DNA of 64,000 nucleotides from an uncultured Pseudomonadota bacterium (GTDB lineage Bacteria; Babelota; Babeliae; Babelales; JAUPTZ01): NCBI GenBank assembly GCA_964429275.1, contig CAYSBJ010000001.1, positions 327,776 to 391,775 of the forward strand, read 5' to 3'. Shown piece by piece: positions 59,336 to 64,000 of this stretch (position 1 is its first letter; each line of letters starts with the position of its first letter). The notes under the pieces were generated by a model. It saw only the letters and a program-made list of their open reading frames with translations, ran no database searches and was not told where the DNA came from. The position numbers and the translations under genes were made by a program.

Positions 59336-59463
59336 CTCGTATTCCATCCTTTTCTTGTGCCTAGGTAGTGTAAGAGTGGGTGACGGGAGATTGCAATAGG
59401 TTGACTTAACATCGCTTTGTTCTCTTGGTAAGGTATGGGCATTATTAGTGTGTTAGGGGGTGA

Positions 59464-60309
59464 ATGGTTTTTATGCGATATCGGTGTATTTTCATCGTAG
59501 TGGGGTTATTTTTGGGGAGTGTAGGAGTGCATGCTTCTGATGCGCATTGGCCAGCGCTGCAGGAGTTTATTGAGCGCTCAAGTGTCGTCGCTGCTCCAGG
59601 GCAATGCTCTGATAGCATTGTCCGATCTGATGTAAATGTGGAGGTGGCTACTCTGGGAAAGCTGGAAAAAAGGTGGATAAAGTTTAGAGCTCAGCTACAG
59701 TCAAGGACTACTACTACTTCTGACTTACTCAAAGAGCTTGCTGTTTTTGTGGATTATGTGGGAGTTGCTAGTCCTACTTTTGCTGCACGAGTATTGGGGC
59801 ACATTGTGAGTTTGATGGATAGTCATTTGGAGCGACTGACAACAGAGGCGTTAGCAGGCGGGGATAATGAAGAGTTGTTTGAGATGTTTTGCAAAGCAAT
59901 TGTTGCTGTGAGCGAAAAGTATGTGGAATGCGCACCAGCAGGGCTTGTATGCTTTGCGAGGGCGGCAGGGAAAGAGCACCGTTTACCGCGGTGTATCATC
60001 ATTAAATGTCGGGAGGAGCTTTGCCGACTGGGGGAATTGTTATTGCGGTCGGCAGAAAAAAAGATTGTGTGGCTTAAAAAACTCGTAACAGCTGGCATAT
60101 GCTGTTCTGCCGAAGAGCAAAGCTGGGTATTTATTCATTTGCGTGCGGCGCAGTGGCTTATTAGTGCTAAAAAATCAAAAGGTGAATCGACAGCAGATTT
60201 GGAGCGACTTGAGAACGAACTAAAGGTTTTTTATTTTGAAATAAAAACAAAGGATGGTTATGAAACGCCCACGAATAGAAAACGACCACGAACTGCGCTC
60301 ACTATGTAA
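59464..60309 (+). CDS. Hypothetical exported helical protein with basic C-terminal tail
   Basis: Signal peptide ending VHA; tail TPTNRKRPR. Confidence 0.7.
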   Translation: MVFMRYRCIFIVVGLFLGSVGVHASDAHWPALQEFIERSSVVAAPGQCSDSIVRSDVNVEVATLGKLEKRWIKFRAQLQSRTTTTSDLLKELAVFVDYVGVASPTFAARVLGHIVSLMDSHLERLTTEALAGGDNEELFEMFCKAIVAVSEKYVECAPAGLVCFARAAGKEHRLPRCIIIKCREELCRLGELLLRSAEKKIVWLKKLVTAGICCSAEEQSWVFIHLRAAQWLISAKKSKGESTADLERLENELKVFYFEIKTKDGYETPTNRKRPRTALTM

Positions 60310-60544
60310 TGTTGGGTCGGCCACGCTGGGAGATTTACTTTTACTTGGCATTACCAGTATTGCGCAACTCTCAGAGCAGGATCCAGAGGAAATGTTTTGG
60401 CGGCTTGAGGAGATTACTGGCCGCAAGCAGAACATTTGTATGCTCGATCTTTTCCGGGCGATCGTGCATGAGGCACAGACCGGCGAGAAGCGCTTATGGA
60501 GTTATTATAGCCGGTTACGCCGAGGGACCGGGGCAGGGAAATAG
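60260..60544 (+). CDS. Helix-hairpin-helix protein (Cdd1/mitomycin-resistance-like)
   Basis: LCNVGSAT...LLGI...DPEEMF..L...TG...C.LD.F...W; overlaps the upstream gene by 50 nt. Confidence 0.75.
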   Translation: MKRPRIENDHELRSLCNVGSATLGDLLLLGITSIAQLSEQDPEEMFWRLEEITGRKQNICMLDLFRAIVHEAQTGEKRLWSYYSRLRRGTGAGK

Positions 60545-60596
60545 CGGCGAGGAATGTCCTGAGAAGACAAAATAAGTCTATAGACGCCTGTCTACC

Positions 60597-60686
60597 CGTC
60601 ATTGCGAGCGCAGCGCGGCAATCTAGGAAAATCATCCTTACATAGGTTGACTGGATTGCTTTGTTACTTTGTTTCTCGCAATGACA
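60597..60686. repeat. Inverted doublet of CGTCATTGCGAG repeat (24-nt spacer)
   Basis: CGTCATTGCGAGCGCAGCGCGGCAATCTAG...CTGGATTGCTTTGTTACTTTGTTTCTCGCAATGACA. Confidence 0.9.
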
Positions 60687-60845
60687 GCTTACGCTGTCTG
60701 CTTATTTTGAATATAGCGCTATTGCCCACACGGCGTCCGCCGTCTGCTTTTGATAGTGGCTCCAAAAGAATGAGACAAGTTTTTGCTAAAACTGTTCATA
60801 TTTAGTAACTTTGTTTACCAATATCACCTTAATCTAAGGAATTTT

Positions 60846-61271
60846 ATGTGGAAACAAACGTTTACTAAAACCTACCCTAACGTCAAAAAAGAGGCAGTCT
60901 GGCGCCTTTGGACCGATATTAATAACTGGCCGCGATGGCATGATGATTTGGTTTCTTGCGTGTTGCAGGGGCCATTTGCGGTTGGCAGTCATTTCATGCT
61001 GCAGCCAAAAGGTATGAAGCCGGTCAAAATAGATATTACCGAGATTAATGAGTTCATTTCATTCACGGATTGTACCAGCTTTTTTGGGGCCAAGATGTAT
61101 GACACTCATGCGCTAGAGGAAACCCCTGAAGGCTTAAAGATAACCAACACGTTGGTGGTTACCGGCCCATTGCGCTGGCTCTGGATTAAGTTGGTAGCGC
61201 AGGGAGTGGCGGCGAGTGTGCCTGCAGAGACGGAAGCGCTTATACAACAAGCACGGGGGATAGATGGCTAA
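60846..61271 (+). CDS. SRPBCC/polyketide-cyclase family protein
   Basis: EAVWRLWTDINNWPRW, GPFAVG; AAGGA RBS. Confidence 0.85.
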   Translation: MWKQTFTKTYPNVKKEAVWRLWTDINNWPRWHDDLVSCVLQGPFAVGSHFMLQPKGMKPVKIDITEINEFISFTDCTSFFGAKMYDTHALEETPEGLKITNTLVVTGPLRWLWIKLVAQGVAASVPAETEALIQQARGIDG

Positions 61272-61731
61272 GCTTCCTTTTGGCTTTGAAAAGCCGCAAG
61301 ACAGCCCGGGGTTTTTACTCTGGCAAACGACGACGTTATGGGAGCGCCATATTAAGAAAGCACTCGAAGGCTTTGGGCTTACACACTCCCAGTTTGTGAT
61401 TATGGCCCTTTTATTATGGTTGTGCGCCCATGAATACCAGCCGACGCAAGCCGACTTAGCTACGTGGTCAAAGCTAGACAAAATGAATGTATCAAAATCA
61501 CTTAAGGCGCTGACCGAGCGAGGCTTGGTATCTCGTAGTGGCCATGGAACAGATTTGCGTGCCAAAACAATGCAGTTAACCGAAGAGGGTAAGGTGTTGG
61601 TGCAACAGATTGTGCCGCTTGTTGAGGCGGCGGATGCACTCTTTTTTGGCAGTGTAGCACCACATGAGGAGCAGATGCTTATTACCTTGTTTAACAAATT
61701 AGTAGCCGGAGGCGATGATGGAGAAGAGTAG
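61264..61731 (+). CDS. MarR-family transcriptional regulator
   Basis: SPGFLLWQ, LTHSQF, QADLA, DLRAKTMQLTEEG. Confidence 0.9.
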   Translation: MAKLPFGFEKPQDSPGFLLWQTTTLWERHIKKALEGFGLTHSQFVIMALLLWLCAHEYQPTQADLATWSKLDKMNVSKSLKALTERGLVSRSGHGTDLRAKTMQLTEEGKVLVQQIVPLVEAADALFFGSVAPHEEQMLITLFNKLVAGGDDGEE

Positions 61732-62155
61732 GCGGTTTTGGATTGGTGTGGCTTCCAAGGAGCATGTGCAGAATGGAAAGAAGATTGGTATTTGTCAGTT
61801 CTGTCATGGCAAGTCGTCACCGGCTACCCGGCTGCGCAAAGGAGACATTGTTATTTATTATTCGCCGAAGCTTGTTATGGATGAGCCTGCTGCATGCAAG
61901 CAGTTCACAGCGATTGGCGTTGTAACTGATGATGCGCCGTATCAGGTGGAACAATTCCCAGGATTCAAGCCGTTTCGCCGTAATGTAGCCTACTTTGAAG
62001 AGGCGCGTGCAGTTGATATTGTGCCATTACTTCCTGAATTGCCTTTTATTCGGAATAAACAATCGTGGGGCATGGCTTTTCGGTATGGCTTTTTAGAGAT
62101 TGATGAGACCTCATTTGAAGTTATTGCGCGGGCAATGTTGGGGCGGGCGCTGTAA
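61718..62155 (+). CDS. EVE-domain protein
   Basis: FWIGVASKEHV, QFCHGK, GDIVIYYSP, FTAIG, PFRR, WGMAFRYG. Confidence 0.9.
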   Translation: MEKSRRFWIGVASKEHVQNGKKIGICQFCHGKSSPATRLRKGDIVIYYSPKLVMDEPAACKQFTAIGVVTDDAPYQVEQFPGFKPFRRNVAYFEEARAVDIVPLLPELPFIRNKQSWGMAFRYGFLEIDETSFEVIARAMLGRAL

Positions 62156-62160
62156 GGGGC

Positions 62161-62340
62161 TTATTTTCGTGGTTGAGCACTTTCGAAAATTGAGTGTCAT
62201 CTTTATGAGCGGTAGGTGAGTGCTTTTGGTGGTGTTATTTTCGAAACTTATTGTTGTCGCTAATTAAGTGGTTTTCTTATTTTCATTATCATCCCAGAGA
62301 TGGCACACTAATTTTCAAAGTTTGACAAAATCGAAAATAA
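62161..62340. repeat. Imperfect ~44-bp terminal inverted repeat segment (MITE-like or operator array)
   Basis: 62161-62204 resembles the reverse complement of 62296-62340; internal TTATTTTC copies. Confidence 0.5.
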
Positions 62341-62344
62341 ACCA

Positions 62345-62675
62345 CTACAAGATTTTGAATCGTTTATCCATGACCAGACGTTGCCACCATTGGTGCATGT
62401 AGCGTTGTGGCATTACCAATTTGAAGCCATTCACCCGTTTATTGATGGTAATGGGCGCATGGGCCGGTTGCTGATTATGTTGTTGCTTATTGAGCGCAAA
62501 GCTTGTTGCTGAGGAGTATGTTGTTGCGTTTACAACGGCACAACGTGCGATTGAAACGCTCGAAGAACTCGGTATTTTGGTGAAATCAGCTGGTGATAAA
62601 CGCAATTGCATGTATTGTGCTACGCGAATTATGGCAATTTTGGATGAGCCGACGCTGATGGAGCACGACCGATAG
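62345..62675 (+). pseudogene. Fic-family protein pseudogene (core fragment plus out-of-frame C-terminal wHTH)
   Basis: The start-less frame 62345-62512 reads [22 protein letters not shown]; a second frame reads TTAQRAIETLEELGIL...GDKRNCMY. Confidence 0.8.
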
Positions 62676-62681
62676 CTGTTG

Positions 62682-62963
62682 CTATTCAAATTTTACGAGA
62701 TCTTTTTTGATGAGCTCCTGAAAATTTGGTTTGCAATGGTGCCAGTTAACGAGGTCGATCGTAAAGGGCAGGTCTGATTCTTCGAATTGTTCCTCCAAGT
62801 CGCTGATTACTAGATTTGGTATTTCATCGAAGTAGCACAAGTCTAGGTCTGAAAGGCGCTTGTGGGTTCCTTTCGCGCGGGAGCCAAATACGTAAAATGT
62901 ATACGGGTATTTGGCAAGAATATTTTTGATAATCTCAAAGTGGCGGAGCTCTAGATGTATCAC
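62682..62963 (-). CDS. Minimal nucleotidyltransferase (MNT antitoxin)
   Basis: FGSRAKGTHKRLSDLDL (GS-x10-DxD), LPFTIDLV. Confidence 0.88.
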   Translation of the reverse strand: MIHLELRHFEIIKNILAKYPYTFYVFGSRAKGTHKRLSDLDLCYFDEIPNLVISDLEEQFEESDLPFTIDLVNWHHCKPNFQELIKKDLVKFE

Positions 62964-63340
62964 TGTAGCGCTCCAATGTGCGTAAGGAAGCTGGCTAATG
63001 CTTGGGAAAATTGTGGCATTATTTTTATAACATGGCTTACTACTTCCTCATTATAACAATGTACTGTATGGTTGCGTTGGACTAAAAAAGTGAACCAGAG
63101 TTCTGGGTCAGTTATAAATCCTTCCTGGGCTGCTGATCGTAGAGTTGCTTTTGGCGAATTTGTGATCTCACCACGGCTTTCAAGTAATCGGCGCATTGTT
63201 TTCCAAGTAAGCTCAAAACAGAATTCAAAGGTTTGAATGGCTGCAAGTTCATCACGTTCAGTTTTAATATTTTGGCGGTACTCTTCAAATTTTTCACGTG
63301 CCTTTAAGAGAGTTGTTACATCTATTCCATCAATGATCAT
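62960..63340 (-). CDS. HEPN (HI0074-type) RNase toxin
   Basis: IQTFEFCFELTWK, SPK, R-x4-H motif RNHTVH followed by CY; coupled to the MNT gene. Confidence 0.88.
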   Translation of the reverse strand: MIIDGIDVTTLLKAREKFEEYRQNIKTERDELAAIQTFEFCFELTWKTMRRLLESRGEITNSPKATLRSAAQEGFITDPELWFTFLVQRNHTVHCYNEEVVSHVIKIMPQFSQALASFLTHIGALQ

Positions 63341-64000
63341 ATGCTTACTTCCTTATGTGAATATTGTTGTGTTTCCCAGAGCGTTTTGTACAGCCCATCC
63401 TGCGCACTGAGTTCTGCGTGAGTGCCATCTTGTACGATTACGCCATTATCAAACACCAAAATACGATCCATATAGAGCAAGGTGGAGAGGCGATGGGCAA
63501 TAACGATGGTCGTTTGTGTTTTTTCTTTGTCGCCTTCTTTTTTTGAGTTTTCAAAAAACTCTGTAAGTGCCGACTGAATTGAGCGTTCTGTCATTGTATC
63601 AAGTTGGGAAGTTGCCTCATCAAGTATCAAGATAGGGGCATGTTTGAGAAGGGCGCGTGCTAATGCAATTCGTTGGCGCTGTCCACCAGAGAGTTTTGTG
63701 CCTCGCTCCCCGACCAGCGTTTCGTATCCGTGTGGGAGCGCTGTAATAAATTCATGTGCAGCTGCTTTGTGTGCTGCGGCTTCAATGTCTTCCATCGTTG
63801 CATGTGGATTGCCGTAGGCGATATTTTCACGAATAGTGCGATGAAACAGCGATGGTTGTTGCGGTACGTAGGCGATTTTTTGGCGGAGGGAATCTTGGGT
63901 TACCTGTGCAATCGGATACCCATCAAGGCGAATGCAGCCGTCACTCAAGTCATAGAGGCGCAGGAGGAGATTCACAAATGTACTTTTGCCGCTGCCCGAA
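63337..64000 (-). CDS. ABC exporter ATP-binding domain (5'-truncated by the window edge)
   Basis: SGSGKST at the edge, LSGGQRQR, ILDEATS, IAHRLST. Confidence 0.92.
   Translation of the reverse strand, partial: SGSGKSTFVNLLLRLYDLSDGCIRLDGYPIAQVTQDSLRQKIAYVPQQPSLFHRTIRENIAYGNPHATMEDIEAAAHKAAAHEFITALPHGYETLVGERGTKLSGGQRQRIALARALLKHAPILILDEATSQLDTMTERSIQSALTEFFENSKKEGDKEKTQTTIVIAHRLSTLLYMDRILVFDNGVIVQDGTHAELSAQDGLYKTLWETQQYSHKEVSI

Noticed and set aside
58466..59368. 300-aa plus-strand ORF
   Set aside because: Antisense shadow of the hydrolase-like gene; no motifs or plausible composition.
61134..61820. 228-aa minus-strand ORF
   Set aside because: Antisense to the well-supported MarR operon.

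Overview
A 64 kb bacterial chromosomal window that looks like an obligate intracellular parasite of protists, most likely Candidatus Dependentiae/Babelota (TM6). That assignment is inferred from gene content: four NTT/TLC nucleotide translocases, an ankyrin protein, an orphan atpD-atpC pair, BamA and many signal-peptide hypothetical proteins. Housekeeping genes (secA, atpD/C, lgt, dnaG, rpoD, truA, cdsA, hisS, mutL, bamA, tRNA-fMet) are interleaved with predicted exported, host-directed proteins. Two things stand out. (1) Four tandem large secreted proteins (44.5-55.3 kb) share a C-terminal two-helix membrane anchor, and three also share leader sequences. The last one carries ten ~33-aa repeats matching the eukaryotic Sfi1 centrin-binding consensus, plus a PP2A-B56-type LxxIxE motif. 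Other candidate eukaryote mimics in the window are an ATAD3-like AAA+ protein, an IQ-like/single-alpha-helix protein, a clan-CD protease-like protein and proteins with NLS-like tails. (2) A family of (C/T)GTCATTGCGAG...GCAATC palindromic repeats has 10 copies, mostly as inverted doublets. One doublet holds a small GIY-YIG nuclease gene in its spacer, three copies are translated in-frame in the MutL linker, and most outer ends abut hairpins of variable sequence. Also notable are a lipoprotein-signal thioredoxin reductase-thioredoxin fusion divergent from a CcdA-like gene, a candidate structured RNA after rpoD, and a Fic pseudogene next to a HEPN/MNT pair. All family calls are by-eye motif recognition; no searches were run.
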